From the NCBI RefSeq assembly GCF_965230055.1, contig NZ_OZ245939.1: a DNA stretch of 64,000 nucleotides; one strand, written 5' to 3'. Below the pieces are notes generated by a model that was given only the letters and a program-made list of their open reading frames with translations, made no database searches and was not told where the DNA came from. The position numbers were made by a program, and so were the translations under genes. Positions 31,782 through 42,130 of this stretch are shown piece after piece. Position 1 is the stretch's first letter; every line of letters starts with the position of its first letter. The stretch comes from Hoeflea sp. (GTDB taxonomy: Bacteria > Pseudomonadota > Alphaproteobacteria > Rhizobiales > Rhizobiaceae).

Positions 31782-33785
31782 ATGGCATCTCCTCTTTTTC
31801 TGGGAATCGATACGGGCGGGACCTACACCGATGCTGTCCTCTACAGCGAAAGCGAGGGCATTCTTGCTTCGGCAAAGGCGCTGACCACCCGTCACGATCT
31901 TGCGGTCGGCGTTTCCGAGGCGGTGGAAACGGTACTCGCCCGCTCAGGCGCTCTTGCAGCCCGCATATCCCTGGTTTCGCTGTCGACCACTCTTGCCACG
32001 AATGCGCTGGTCGAGGGCCAGGGCGGGCGTGCGGCGCTTGTCATGATCGGCTTCGGAAAGGACGATCTCGACCGGGACGGTCTTGCAGAAGCGCTCGGCA
32101 ATGATCCCGTACTTTTTCTCCCGGGAGGTCACGATGTCCACGGGCGCGAAACGCCGCTCGATCTCTCCTTGCTCGAGCAGAGACTCGCGACCCTGCCGAC
32201 GGAAGTCTCGGCCGTGGCCGTCGCGGGATACTTCGCGGTGCGCAATCCGGCCCATGAAGTTGCGGCACGGGATCTGATGCGGTCGCGGACCGCCCTGCCC
32301 GTAACCTGCAGCCATGACCTCTCATCGCGCCTCGGCGGACCGCGTCGCGCCCTGACAACCTTGCTCAATGCCAGGCTCATATCGATGGTCGCCCGGCTGA
32401 TCGACGCGACTGTCGGTTTTTTGAAACGGGCCGGTATCAATGCTCCGCTCATGGTGGTCCGTGGCGATGGGGCGCTGATCTCGGCCTCGGAGGCGCTGCT
32501 GCGGCCGATCGAGACCATATTGTCCGGGCCGGCCGCCAGCCTTGTCGGCGCGCGCCATCTGACCGGTCTTTCCGATGCGGTCGTCTCCGATATCGGCGGA
32601 ACCACCACCGATGTGGCGGTGCTCGAAGGCGGCAGGCCGCGGCTCGATACGCAAGGGGCCACCGTGGGCCGCTACCGGACGATGGTCGAGGCTGTCGCGA
32701 TGCACACTTTCGGTCTCGGCGGAGATTCGGAGGTGAACCTGGAGGAGACGGGGCTCGATGCCCGGCTGACGCTGGGGCCCCGGCGCCTGATGCCGCTGAG
32801 CCTGGCGGGCCACCTTTGCCCGGACGTTGTGCTCAAGGCGCTCGAGAGGCAGTTGCGGGCGTCCTTCTCCGGCAGGCTGGATGGCAGGTTTGCGCTCAGG
32901 ACGGGTCTTCCCGATGCCTTGGCTGCGGGTCTGGCGGCACAGGAAGCGGCACTTTATGCCCGCATCGGCGCCGACCCCGAGCCTCTCGACTCCGTTCTGA
33001 CCGGGACCTCCCAGCGCGCCACTCTGGACCGGCTGGTATCAAGGGGCCTGGTCCTGATCGCGGGCTTCACGCCATCCGACGCAATGCATGTGCTTGGGCG
33101 GCAGTCGCAATGGAATGTTCAGGCCGCCCGGCTCGGCGCGGAACTTTTCACCCGGCGCAAGACCGGGTCGGGCAATACGATCGCCCCGACGCCGGCCGAT
33201 CTGGCCGAAATGGTGTCGCGCCGGCTGACAAGGCAAAGCGCAGAAGTCATCCTGACAGCGCTGCTGGCCGATCAGGAAGTCAGCGGCGTCGAACCGGCAC
33301 GTTCGGTTGTCATTGACCGCGCTCTCGAGCGGACCCGGGGTTTCGTGCGTTTCGCACTTTCTCTTGACCGGCCACTGGTTGCCCTTGGCGCCTCCGCGCC
33401 GGTTCACTATCCGGCCATTGCCGATATGCTGGATGTCGAAAGCTTCGTTCCGGTCCATGCCGGTGTTGCCAATGCCGTGGGTGCCGTCGTCGGGCAGGTC
33501 CGCAAGACGGCGGTCGCATTTGTAACCGAGCCCGACGAGGGCCGGTTCTCTGTCAATGGCGGGGGCGAAACGCGGATCGTCTCCGACCGTGAGGAAGCCT
33601 TCGCACTCGCCCGGGAGATCGCCGCGTCGGAGGCGAGCAGGTCCGCCCTCGAAAGCGGGGCTGAAACCCCTGTCGTCGAAAGCTTCGAGCAGGTCTCCAT
33701 GCCGGTCGTTGACGGGCATGAAACCCTGGTCGAAGCCCGCTTCACAGCGATTGCTTCGGGCAGACCGCGCATTGCCGGTCATTGA
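31782..33785 (+). CDS. Hydantoinase/oxoprolinase A-type (N-terminal domain family) protein
   Basis: LGIDTGGTYTDAV, LSGPAAS, DIGGTTTD, ANAVGA. Confidence 0.9.
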   Translation: MASPLFLGIDTGGTYTDAVLYSESEGILASAKALTTRHDLAVGVSEAVETVLARSGALAARISLVSLSTTLATNALVEGQGGRAALVMIGFGKDDLDRDGLAEALGNDPVLFLPGGHDVHGRETPLDLSLLEQRLATLPTEVSAVAVAGYFAVRNPAHEVAARDLMRSRTALPVTCSHDLSSRLGGPRRALTTLLNARLISMVARLIDATVGFLKRAGINAPLMVVRGDGALISASEALLRPIETILSGPAASLVGARHLTGLSDAVVSDIGGTTTDVAVLEGGRPRLDTQGATVGRYRTMVEAVAMHTFGLGGDSEVNLEETGLDARLTLGPRRLMPLSLAGHLCPDVVLKALERQLRASFSGRLDGRFALRTGLPDALAAGLAAQEAALYARIGADPEPLDSVLTGTSQRATLDRLVSRGLVLIAGFTPSDAMHVLGRQSQWNVQAARLGAELFTRRKTGSGNTIAPTPADLAEMVSRRLTRQSAEVILTALLADQEVSGVEPARSVVIDRALERTRGFVRFALSLDRPLVALGASAPVHYPAIADMLDVESFVPVHAGVANAVGAVVGQVRKTAVAFVTEPDEGRFSVNGGGETRIVSDREEAFALAREIAASEASRSALESGAETPVVESFEQVSMPVVDGHETLVEARFTAIASGRPRIAGH

Positions 33786-33947
33786 TTTGTTCCAAATAGT
33801 ATAAAATCATTTGCACCTTAGATGAATTGACAGGGCAACGCCGCGCGGGTGAGGGTTCGGTCAAAACAAGACCGGAGCGCCGGTGCCTGGACGCTGCGCT
33901 CGTGCGGCAGTCGATCGCCCCGGACCGGAACATGGGAGAGAGTGAAC

Positions 33948-36104
33948 GTGAAGAGAATTGAGACCGACGGCCTGAAGATCAGCGCCGACCTTCATGAATT
34001 CATCGTCAGTGAAGCACTGCCGGGAACCGGTGTCGAGGCGGCTGACTTCTTCCGGGCGCTTGGGAGTGCGGTGAGCGAACTTGCGCCAAAGAACGCCGCC
34101 CTGTTGGCAAAGCGTGACGAGATGCAGGAAAAGATCGATGCGTGGCACCGTGAAAATGGCGCCCCGGTCGATCTCGATGTCTACAAGGATTTCCTCCGAT
34201 CCATCGGATATCTTCTGCCCGAGGGCGGTCCGGTTCAGGTGTCCACCGAGAACGTCGATCCGGAGATTGCACTTATTGCCGGACCCCAGCTCGTGGTGCC
34301 GGTGATGAATGCGCGTTTTGCCCTCAATGCGGCCAATGCCCGCTGGGGTTCGCTTTACGATGCGCTCTATGGCACGGATGCGCTGGGCGACCTGCCCGCA
34401 GGCGGCGGTTACGACGAAGAGCGCGGCGCGCGGGTCATCGCCTGGTCCAAGTCCTTTCTCGACGACAGTGTACCGCTCGCCGGCGGCAGGTGGGCGGACG
34501 CAACGGGCTTCGATTTCGAGAATGGCGAACTGAAGATCGAGACCGCCTCCGGCGAGACCACGCTGGCCAATCCGGCGCAATATGCCGGATTCAAGCGCGA
34601 GAACGACCATGCCTACCGGCTCTATTTCACGACCAATGGCCTGCACACGCTGGTATTCGTTGATCCCGACAGCATGATCGGCAAGACCGATCCGGCAGGC
34701 ATCGGCGACATCGCCCTGGAATCGGCCGTCACCGCTATCATGGATTGCGAGGATTCCATCGCCGCCGTTGATGCCGAGGACAAGGTCATCGTCTACCGCA
34801 ACTGGCTCGGGCTGATGAAGGGCGATCTCGAGGAGGAGGTCACCAAGAACGGCAAGACCTTCACGCGCAGGCTCAAGGGTGATGCCGAACTCACCACCCC
34901 AGATGGCAATCCGGTTTCGCTGAAGGGCCGGTCGCTGATGCTTGTTCGCAATGTCGGTCACCTGATGACCAATCCGGCGATCCTCGATGCAGACGGCAAC
35001 GAGGTTCCGGAGGGCATCATGGATGCCTTCATGACCGGCCTGATCGCCTTGCACGACATCGGGCCGAATGGCCGCCACATGAATTCGGTCGAGGGGTCCA
35101 TGTATGTGGTCAAGCCGAAGATGCACGGTCCGGAGGAAGTCGCGTTCGCGGTCGAGATTTTCGGCCGGGTCGAGCAGGCGCTCGGAATGAAGCCCAACAC
35201 CATGAAGATGGGCATCATGGATGAGGAGCGTCGCACCACCATCAATCTCAAGGAATGCATCCGGGCTGCGAGCGAGCGCGTGGTGTTTATCAATACCGGC
35301 TTCCTCGATCGCACCGGTGACGAGATCCACACCTCGATGGAAGCCGGACCGATGATCCGCAAGGGCGACATGAAGCAGTCCGCCTGGATTGCCGCCTATG
35401 AAAACTGGAATGTCGATATCGGGCTTGAATGCGGCCTTGCGGGCCATGCCCAGATCGGCAAGGGCATGTGGGCAATGCCGGACATGATGGCTGCGATGCT
35501 CGAGCAGAAGATAGGCCATCCCAAATCCGGCGCCAACACCGCGTGGGTTCCCTCGCCGACAGCGGCGACATTGCACGCCACCCATTACCACAAGGTCAGC
35601 GTGGCCGAAGTTCAGGCCAGCCTGCGCAACCGTGAGCGCGCCAGCCTGGACGATATTCTTTCGGTTCCGGTCGCTCCCAATCCGAACTGGACACCCGAGG
35701 AGATCCAGCAGGAGATCGACAACAATGCCCAGGGGATTCTCGGCTATGTCGTTCGCTGGATCGACCAGGGCGTGGGTTGCTCGAAGGTTCCCGATATCAA
35801 CGACGTGGGATTGATGGAGGACCGTGCCACTTTGCGGATCTCCGCCCAGCACATGGCAAACTGGCTGCATCACGGCGTCGTCAGCCGCGAGCAGATCATC
35901 GAGACCATGAAGCGGATGGCGACAGTGGTGGACGGACAGAACGAAGGCGATCCGGCCTACCGTCCGATGGCGCCGGATTACGATGCCTCGGTGGCCTTCC
36001 AGGCTGCGCTCGAACTGGTGCTTGAGGGCCGGGAGCAACCCAACGGATACACCGAACCCGTGCTGCATCGCCGCCGTCTCGAGTTCAAGGCAAAGAACGC
36101 CTGA
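33948..36104 (+). CDS. glcB: Malate synthase G
   Basis: [59 protein letters not shown]; GTG start after GGAGAG. Confidence 0.97.
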   Translation: MKRIETDGLKISADLHEFIVSEALPGTGVEAADFFRALGSAVSELAPKNAALLAKRDEMQEKIDAWHRENGAPVDLDVYKDFLRSIGYLLPEGGPVQVSTENVDPEIALIAGPQLVVPVMNARFALNAANARWGSLYDALYGTDALGDLPAGGGYDEERGARVIAWSKSFLDDSVPLAGGRWADATGFDFENGELKIETASGETTLANPAQYAGFKRENDHAYRLYFTTNGLHTLVFVDPDSMIGKTDPAGIGDIALESAVTAIMDCEDSIAAVDAEDKVIVYRNWLGLMKGDLEEEVTKNGKTFTRRLKGDAELTTPDGNPVSLKGRSLMLVRNVGHLMTNPAILDADGNEVPEGIMDAFMTGLIALHDIGPNGRHMNSVEGSMYVVKPKMHGPEEVAFAVEIFGRVEQALGMKPNTMKMGIMDEERRTTINLKECIRAASERVVFINTGFLDRTGDEIHTSMEAGPMIRKGDMKQSAWIAAYENWNVDIGLECGLAGHAQIGKGMWAMPDMMAAMLEQKIGHPKSGANTAWVPSPTAATLHATHYHKVSVAEVQASLRNRERASLDDILSVPVAPNPNWTPEEIQQEIDNNAQGILGYVVRWIDQGVGCSKVPDINDVGLMEDRATLRISAQHMANWLHHGVVSREQIIETMKRMATVVDGQNEGDPAYRPMAPDYDASVAFQAALELVLEGREQPNGYTEPVLHRRRLEFKAKNA

Positions 36105-36148
36105 CCCATTTGCCGTCGCCGGCAGGCTTCAAGCCGGCCGCTGGAACG

Positions 36149-36184
36149 AAAAACCCGCCGGAGAGGATATCCCGGCGGGTTTTT
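36149..36184. terminator. Bidirectional intrinsic terminator between glcB and the L,D-transpeptidase gene
   Basis: A5-cccgccgg...ccggcggg-T5. Confidence 0.9.
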
Positions 36185-36208
36185 GATGTTCTCGCAGTGC
36201 TTTCGGGT

Positions 36209-36862
36209 CTACTGCTTGACCACGACCTTGGCGTTGCGGCCCGGACGCACGCGATCGTAAAGATCGATGATGTCCTGGTTCATCAGCCGGATGCAGCCCG
36301 ACGATGCCGCGGTCCCGATGGAATTCCACTCCGGGGTGCCGTGCAGGCGGAAGAGCGTGTCTTCGCCGTCTTCGTTGAAGAGATAAAGCGCGCGGGCGCC
36401 GAGCGGGTTTCTCAGCCCGGGTTTCATGCCGTCTTCGGCATAGCGGGCGAGCTCCGGCTTGCGCTGGACCATCTCGCGCGGCGGCGTCCACTTCGGCCAC
36501 TCCTGCTTCCAGGCTATATAGGCGTTGCCTTCCCAGGCAAATCCGGCCTTGCCGACGCCGATACCGTAGCGGACAGCCTTCCGGCCAGGCAGCACGAAGT
36601 AGAGATAACGCTTGGGCGTGTCGACGATGATCGTTCCGGGCTTCTCGCGGGTGCTGTAGTTGACGATCTGGCGATGGTAACGTTTGTCGACGCGGCTGAT
36701 CGGCACGGCCGGGATCGAGTATCCGGCATCCTTCACGCTGCCGTACTCGGCGGTAAAGATCTGGGTGGTCGAGCCCGAACCGCCATCCTGCGAGCTCGAG
36801 CAGCCTGCGAGCGCAAGCGCGGCGATCATGCCGAAAACGGTGAGGAGAAAGCGAGGTGTCAT
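36209..36862 (-). CDS. L,D-transpeptidase (YkuD/ErfK family) lipoprotein
   Basis: Lipobox LAGC; NPLGARALYL, RLHGT..SIGTAASSGCIRL. Confidence 0.95.
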   Translation of the reverse strand: MTPRFLLTVFGMIAALALAGCSSSQDGGSGSTTQIFTAEYGSVKDAGYSIPAVPISRVDKRYHRQIVNYSTREKPGTIIVDTPKRYLYFVLPGRKAVRYGIGVGKAGFAWEGNAYIAWKQEWPKWTPPREMVQRKPELARYAEDGMKPGLRNPLGARALYLFNEDGEDTLFRLHGTPEWNSIGTAASSGCIRLMNQDIIDLYDRVRPGRNAKVVVKQ

Positions 36863-36928
36863 GGGTATCTCTTGTGAAGCGGGGCGATCGCGCCGGATTG
36901 AGTCGCGCGCAACCTGCCACGGGTTATT

Positions 36929-36944
36929 TTAAACAAGTCTTAAC
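36929..36944. promoter_or_regulatory. CtrA binding site (perfect TTAA-N7-TTAAC)
   Basis: TTAA acaagtc TTAAC in the divergent ldt/mmcB intergenic region; GANTC at 36900. Confidence 0.75.
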
Positions 36945-37067
36945 CATGCAACCGGATTTTTCAAAAACCGTACGGTTTGTTCGCGCTTTGTCATCGCGGA
37001 TGACTTTTGTGCAACAAGGCCGCCACCCCGCGTTGCACCGCGCGGCAAGCTGTGGCAGCTACCGGTA

Positions 37068-37577
37068 ATGCCGATCATTTCGCCCCACAATGAAAACCCC
37101 CTGATCGACGGCAGGCAATCCGAACGGGCGATGATGGTGCGTCGAGGCGTCCAGCGACTGTTCACCGACATGCGGCTGTCCCTGATGCCGGAACTCGTTC
37201 TCGCATCGGGCCGCCGCGCAGACCTTGTGGCGATCAACGACAAGGGCGATGTCTGGATCGTAGAGATAAAGACTTCCGTCGAGGATTTTCGCACCGACCG
37301 GAAATGGCCCGATTACCGCATGCACAGCGATCGGCTGTTCTTTGCCACCCATCCGGGCGTGCCGGCGGATCTGTTTCCCGAAGACTGCGGCTTGATTGTT
37401 TCCGACGGCTGGTCAGCCGAGCTTGTCCGCGATGCACCGGAACACAGGCTCGCAGCCTCGACACGGAAGGCGCTGCTGTTGCGGTTTGCCCGCGCCGCAG
37501 CCGACCGGTTGCTGCAGGCCGAGATCACCGCGAATGTTACCAGGGTCGAACCGCGGCACGACGACCCCGAAGCGTGA
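37068..37577 (+). CDS. mmcB: MmcB family DNA repair protein (PD-(D/E)xK endonuclease)
   Basis: E..LASGRRADL..WIVEIKTS..DFRTDRKWPDYR. Confidence 0.9.
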   Translation: MPIISPHNENPLIDGRQSERAMMVRRGVQRLFTDMRLSLMPELVLASGRRADLVAINDKGDVWIVEIKTSVEDFRTDRKWPDYRMHSDRLFFATHPGVPADLFPEDCGLIVSDGWSAELVRDAPEHRLAASTRKALLLRFARAAADRLLQAEITANVTRVEPRHDDPEA

Positions 37578-37655
37578 GTGGCCTCCGGAAGCGGTGGATG
37601 CCGTTTCGATTGCCGGAAAATGACAGGAATTTCAGGAGTTCTGCCCGCGCGGCAG

Positions 37656-38225
37656 TCAGCGTGGCGCCCGTTTGGCGAGGATGCGCTGAAGCGTGCGCCG
37701 GTGCATGTTGAGACGCCGGGCCGTTTCCGACACGTTGCGTTCGCACATCTCGTACACGCGCTGGATATGTTCCCACCGCACCCGGTCTGCCGACATCGGA
37801 TTCTCAGGCAGCTCGGCCCGTTCGCCGGGTTTGCGCGTCAGCGCGGCAAAAACCTCGTCCGCATCGGCGGGCTTGGCGAGGTAATCTATCGCGCCGAGCT
37901 TCACCGCGGTCACGGCGGTTGCGATGTTGCCGTAGCCCGTCAGCACGATGATGCGCGTGTCGTCGCGCCGTTCCCGGATGGCCTCGATGACGTCGAGGCC
38001 GTTGCCGTCCTGAAGCCGCATGTCGACGACGGCATATTTGGGCGCGTGCTGACGTGTCTTCGCCAGGCCCTCGGCAACGCTCTCCGCGATCTCCACGGTG
38101 AAGCCGCGAACCTCCATGGCGCGCGCCAGGCGCCGCAGGAAAGGTCCGTCGTCGTCAACCAGAAGCAGCGATGCATCGGGCCCGATGGCCTGCATCTCGA
38201 TGTCATTTGCCGGGTCACTGTTCAT
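37656..38225 (-). CDS. actR: ActR/RegA/PrrA redox response regulator
   Basis: Receiver domain (LLVDDD, VDMRL, GYGNIATAV..K) and Fis-type HTH RWEHIQRVYE.C.RNVSETARRLNMHRRTLQRILAKRAPR; start uncertain (38225 or 38195). Confidence 0.95.
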   Translation of the reverse strand: MNSDPANDIEMQAIGPDASLLLVDDDGPFLRRLARAMEVRGFTVEIAESVAEGLAKTRQHAPKYAVVDMRLQDGNGLDVIEAIRERRDDTRIIVLTGYGNIATAVTAVKLGAIDYLAKPADADEVFAALTRKPGERAELPENPMSADRVRWEHIQRVYEMCERNVSETARRLNMHRRTLQRILAKRAPR

Positions 38226-38263
38226 ATTCACCTCGGAGGCGTTAAATTCGTCGCCCACCCGAT

Positions 38264-39622
38264 TTAATGCGTTTTCGAGATATATCCAGTTCCAACCGGC
38301 GCGTTCTGGCGTTTGACGGCGCCGAAAAGGTCCATTTTCTCCCGTGGCCAACTCACGTCCACCCTGGCGCCGCTTGCAGGAGCGGACTGGTTGGTGAAAT
38401 GAAGGCTCGCGCCAGAGCGTTCGAGAAGCGTCTTGGCAATGAACAGGCCAAGGCCAAGCCCCCCGGCCTTCTCACGATCCATGCGGTTCCGGCGGTTCAT
38501 GAACGGCACACCGATCTGGGCCAGAACGTCAGGTGCAAAACCCGGCCCGTCATCTTCGATTGCGATCCTGACCGTGGCCGCGTCATGCGACACTGTGACA
38601 GTGACCTTTTCCCGGGCGAAATCGACGGCGTTTTCGATCAGGTTGCCCAGCCCGAACATGATTCCGGGATTTCGGCGCCCGACAGGCTCCTTGTGTTCGC
38701 TTTCCTCGCCAACCACCTCAATGGCGATCCCGAACTCCCGGTGCGGCGCGATCGTCTCCTCGATGAGCGAACCCAGGGGCAGCCGCGCCATGTGAACCTC
38801 GTCCTGGGTCGACAATGTCGTCAGCCGCCGGAGAATGTCCCGGCACCGTTCGCTCTGGCTTCGGAGCAGCATAAGGTCGTCGGCAAAGCGGGGGTCGCTC
38901 GCCAGCGCCTTCTCCATCTCGCGCGCGACCACTGAAATCGTCGCCAGCGGCGTCCCGAGTTCGTGCGCCGCTGCGGCCGCCAGCCCGTCGAGCGCCGAGA
39001 TGTGCTGTTCGCGCTGCAGCACCAGTTCCGTGGCAACAAGCGCATCGGCAAGCTGACTGGCCTCGGCCGACACCTGGTAGGCGTAGACCGCGGCGAAAAC
39101 ACTGGTCGAGACGATCGCGATCCACGCCCCGGCGATGAGGAGGAACGGTACCTCGAAATTGCTATCGGGATACCATGGCAGGGGGAGCGAGTAGAATGCG
39201 AGCAGCGTCACGGCGGCGACCGAGAGAATGCCGAGTCCCACCGTGTGCCGTACCGGCTGCGATGCCGAGGAAATGATTACCGGGACGCACAGGAGCACGG
39301 AAAACGGGTTGGCGAGCCCGCCGGTCATGAACAACAGCCCGAAAAGCTGGAGAACATCGAAGGAGAGCACAGCCATCGCTGCCAGCGGGGGCAGGCGGTG
39401 GGCGGCCGGAAACCGGACCGAAAGAAAGATGTTCAGCCATGCCGAGCAGGCAATCAGGGCGAAACACAGAGCCTCGTGAAACTGGAACCCGAAGCCATGC
39501 GCGATCACCAGAACGGCGAGGCTCTGGCCGGCGACCGCCAGCCACCTCAGCCGCGTGAGGGTCTGCAGGCGCAGCCGGTGCCTGAGGGAATGATCCTCGA
39601 GAAAGGTCGGAAAAGCACTCAT
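38264..39622 (-). CDS. actS: ActS/RegB/PrrB redox-sensing histidine kinase
   Basis: RLRWLAV, GGLANPF, AAHELGTPLATI, RCRDIL, GLGLGLFIA. Confidence 0.95.
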   Translation of the reverse strand: MSAFPTFLEDHSLRHRLRLQTLTRLRWLAVAGQSLAVLVIAHGFGFQFHEALCFALIACSAWLNIFLSVRFPAAHRLPPLAAMAVLSFDVLQLFGLLFMTGGLANPFSVLLCVPVIISSASQPVRHTVGLGILSVAAVTLLAFYSLPLPWYPDSNFEVPFLLIAGAWIAIVSTSVFAAVYAYQVSAEASQLADALVATELVLQREQHISALDGLAAAAAHELGTPLATISVVAREMEKALASDPRFADDLMLLRSQSERCRDILRRLTTLSTQDEVHMARLPLGSLIEETIAPHREFGIAIEVVGEESEHKEPVGRRNPGIMFGLGNLIENAVDFAREKVTVTVSHDAATVRIAIEDDGPGFAPDVLAQIGVPFMNRRNRMDREKAGGLGLGLFIAKTLLERSGASLHFTNQSAPASGARVDVSWPREKMDLFGAVKRQNAPVGTGYISKTH

Positions 39623-39664
39623 GGCCTGATCTAGCGCATCGCCCGGATCACCGGCAATCGCTTT

Positions 39665-42130
39665 TCAGGACCTGCGCGGTTTGGCCCTGCGTGTGGGATC
39701 GGCCCCGGCCGGATCTTCCGGCCAGGGGTGCCGCGGATAACGTCCGCGCATCTCGCTGCGCACATCGGCCCACGACCCTTTCCAGAATCCCGGCAGATCA
39801 CGTGTTGTCTGGATCGGCCGCTGCGCCGGCGAAAGCAGTTCCAGTGTCAGCGGCAACCGGCCGTCCGCGAGGCTGGGATGCCGGGATTCGCCGAACAGTT
39901 CCTGAACCCTTATGGCGACGACGGGCCCGCTCTCCTCGTAGCGGATCGGCAGGCGCGAGCCCGTCGGTGCTTCGTAATGGGTCGGGGCGAGCCTTTCGAG
40001 CGCGGTCTGCGCACCATGACCGCACAGCGAAAGAATCCCCCGGTTCAGCCCGTCGCGGTCAATCTGCCGCAGCGCGGTTATACCGGGCTGAAAGGGCGCA
40101 AACCAGGCTTCGAGACTGTCCAGCAAGGCCTCGTCGGACATGTCCGGCCAGGGTTGCCCGAGGGTCCTGTGAAGAAACCCGATCCGGTCACGCAATTGGG
40201 ACCCGGCGGGCGTGAACGGGATGCAACCGATTCCGAGCCTGCGGATGCCCTGGCACAGCGCCGCCATTGCGGCATTGTCATCCGCATGGGCTATCGGTGC
40301 CTCCGCAAGCGTGATAGCGCCAAGCCGCGTGACCCGCCGCGCCCGCACAGATTGTGCAGCCTCGTCGAAAACGCATTCTTCCGAGGTGGTTGCCCGATCG
40401 GCGAGAAGCGCATCGAGATCCGAGCCCGACAATTCCGCTGCGGCCAAAATGCGCGCCGCCTGCGCCTTGCCGCTGAGATCGGCGACGACGAGGTATTGCG
40501 CTCCGGCAAGACGCTCGCTTTCGTCGATCACTGCGCCGCGTCCGTTGGCAAGCACGAACCGTCCGCGTCCGCCGCGTTGCCTGGCGATACGGTCAGGATA
40601 GGCGGTCGCCAGAAGCCCCGCCGCGGCGGGAACAGCCGGCTCCGATGTCCGGTCCTGGCTGCCGGCGAGGCGTTTTGCCAGCGCCCGTGCGGCTGAAGCG
40701 CGCGGGCTTCTGTCATTCCGGAACCGCTGCCAGCGCGCATCGAGATCAACATCTGTCCCGCCAAGTGCCTGCTCGGTGAGAAGCACCGCAAGTTCGGCAG
40801 CTGCACGGCCGGAACCCGTTTCACGGCCTGCCACCACCATGGCGGCGAGCCGGGGCGGGAGCGCCAGCGCGCGCATCCGGTCTCCGCGACCTGTCAGCCT
40901 TCCGTCCTCGCCGAGCGCGTCAAGCTCCCGCAGCAAATTGCGCGCTTCCTCGATGGATGGGCCGGGCGGAGGGTCGATGAAGCGCAGGCTTCGCGGATCG
41001 GCAACCCCCCAGGCGATGCAGTCAAGCACCATGGCGGACAGATCGCTCGCCAGAACCTGGGGCGTTGCAAAGGCGGGCAGTGCCTTGTGCTGCTCCTCGC
41101 GCCAGAGCCGGACGGCAACTCCGGGCTCGGTGCGCCCGGCGCGCCCGGCGCGCTGATCGGCTGAGGCGCGGGATGCGCGGATGGTTTCAAGCCGCGTGAT
41201 TCCCGTGGAGGGCTCGTAGACGGGTTGCCGCACCAGTCCGCTGTCGATGACGATCCGCACGCCGTCTATGGTGATCGAGCTCTCCGCCACCGGCGTCGCC
41301 AGCACGACCTTGCGCCGCCCTTCCGGCGGGGGACGGATGGCTGCGTCCTGTTCTGACGAACCCAGCCCGCCGTAAAGCGGCTGAACATCCGTCTCCGGCG
41401 GTAACCGGCCTGAAAGCGCCTCCTCCACGCGGCGGATCTCGCCCTGGCCGGGAAGAAACGCCAGTATCGACCCAGGTTGCGAGCGGTGCAGGTCCTCGAT
41501 GGCGCGTGTCATGCAGGCCTCGATCCGCTCGCCGGCGGGACGATCGCGGTATTCGATATTCACGGGATGGCTCCGCCCCAGGCTTTCGATCACCGGGCAA
41601 TTGTCGAGGAGTTCTGCGACCAGGGATGTATCGAGTGTCGCCGACATCACGAGGATGCGCAGATCGTCGCGCAGCCCGGACTGAATATCGAGCGCCAGCG
41701 CCAGTCCGAAATCCGCTTCCAGCGCACGCTCGTGAAACTCGTCGAATATGACACAGCCGATGCCTTCGAGGTCCGGGGAATTCAGTGCCATGCGGCTGAA
41801 AACGCCTTCCGTAACGACCTCGATCCGGGTTGCGGGCGAAACCTTCGTATCGAGACGCATCCGGTAGCCTGCCGTTGCGCCGACCTCTTCGCCCAGCATT
41901 GCGGCCATGCGCCGGGCCGCCGCCCGTGCCGCCAGCCGTCGCGGCTCGACAACGATGATCTTGCCCTCGAGCCAGGATTGCTCGGCCAGCACCAGCGGAA
42001 CCAGCGTGGTCTTGCCCGCACCCGGCGGTGCCGCAAGGACGGCGTTCGGCTGGTCCGCGAGTGACGCGCACAGCTTGGGCAGCACATCGCTGACCGGTAG
42101 AGCTGTATGCCGCTCAGCGATGCTGCTCAT
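39665..42130 (-). CDS. hrpB: ATP-dependent helicase HrpB
   Basis: APPGAGKTT, DEFHER, MSAT, QRAGRAGR, ELLSPAQRPIQTTRDL..FW..SW. Confidence 0.95.
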   Translation of the reverse strand: MSSIAERHTALPVSDVLPKLCASLADQPNAVLAAPPGAGKTTLVPLVLAEQSWLEGKIIVVEPRRLAARAAARRMAAMLGEEVGATAGYRMRLDTKVSPATRIEVVTEGVFSRMALNSPDLEGIGCVIFDEFHERALEADFGLALALDIQSGLRDDLRILVMSATLDTSLVAELLDNCPVIESLGRSHPVNIEYRDRPAGERIEACMTRAIEDLHRSQPGSILAFLPGQGEIRRVEEALSGRLPPETDVQPLYGGLGSSEQDAAIRPPPEGRRKVVLATPVAESSITIDGVRIVIDSGLVRQPVYEPSTGITRLETIRASRASADQRAGRAGRTEPGVAVRLWREEQHKALPAFATPQVLASDLSAMVLDCIAWGVADPRSLRFIDPPPGPSIEEARNLLRELDALGEDGRLTGRGDRMRALALPPRLAAMVVAGRETGSGRAAAELAVLLTEQALGGTDVDLDARWQRFRNDRSPRASAARALAKRLAGSQDRTSEPAVPAAAGLLATAYPDRIARQRGGRGRFVLANGRGAVIDESERLAGAQYLVVADLSGKAQAARILAAAELSGSDLDALLADRATTSEECVFDEAAQSVRARRVTRLGAITLAEAPIAHADDNAAMAALCQGIRRLGIGCIPFTPAGSQLRDRIGFLHRTLGQPWPDMSDEALLDSLEAWFAPFQPGITALRQIDRDGLNRGILSLCGHGAQTALERLAPTHYEAPTGSRLPIRYEESGPVVAIRVQELFGESRHPSLADGRLPLTLELLSPAQRPIQTTRDLPGFWKGSWADVRSEMRGRYPRHPWPEDPAGADPTRRAKPRRS

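Noticed and set aside
33786-33947. Possible glycine riboswitch upstream of glcB (seen in some alphaproteobacteria)
   Set aside because: No GGAGA..CCGAAG..CUCUCAGG aptamer core; only an AT-rich promoter-like segment
33861-36068. 735-aa antisense ORF over glcB, and similar long antisense ORFs over polA (47284-49002), dnaJ (57011-58813), gyrB (27785-29509) and tauBC (24695-26110)
   Set aside because: They mirror strongly GC3-biased genes codon for codon, lack motifs, and stop codons are rare in this frame in high-GC DNA
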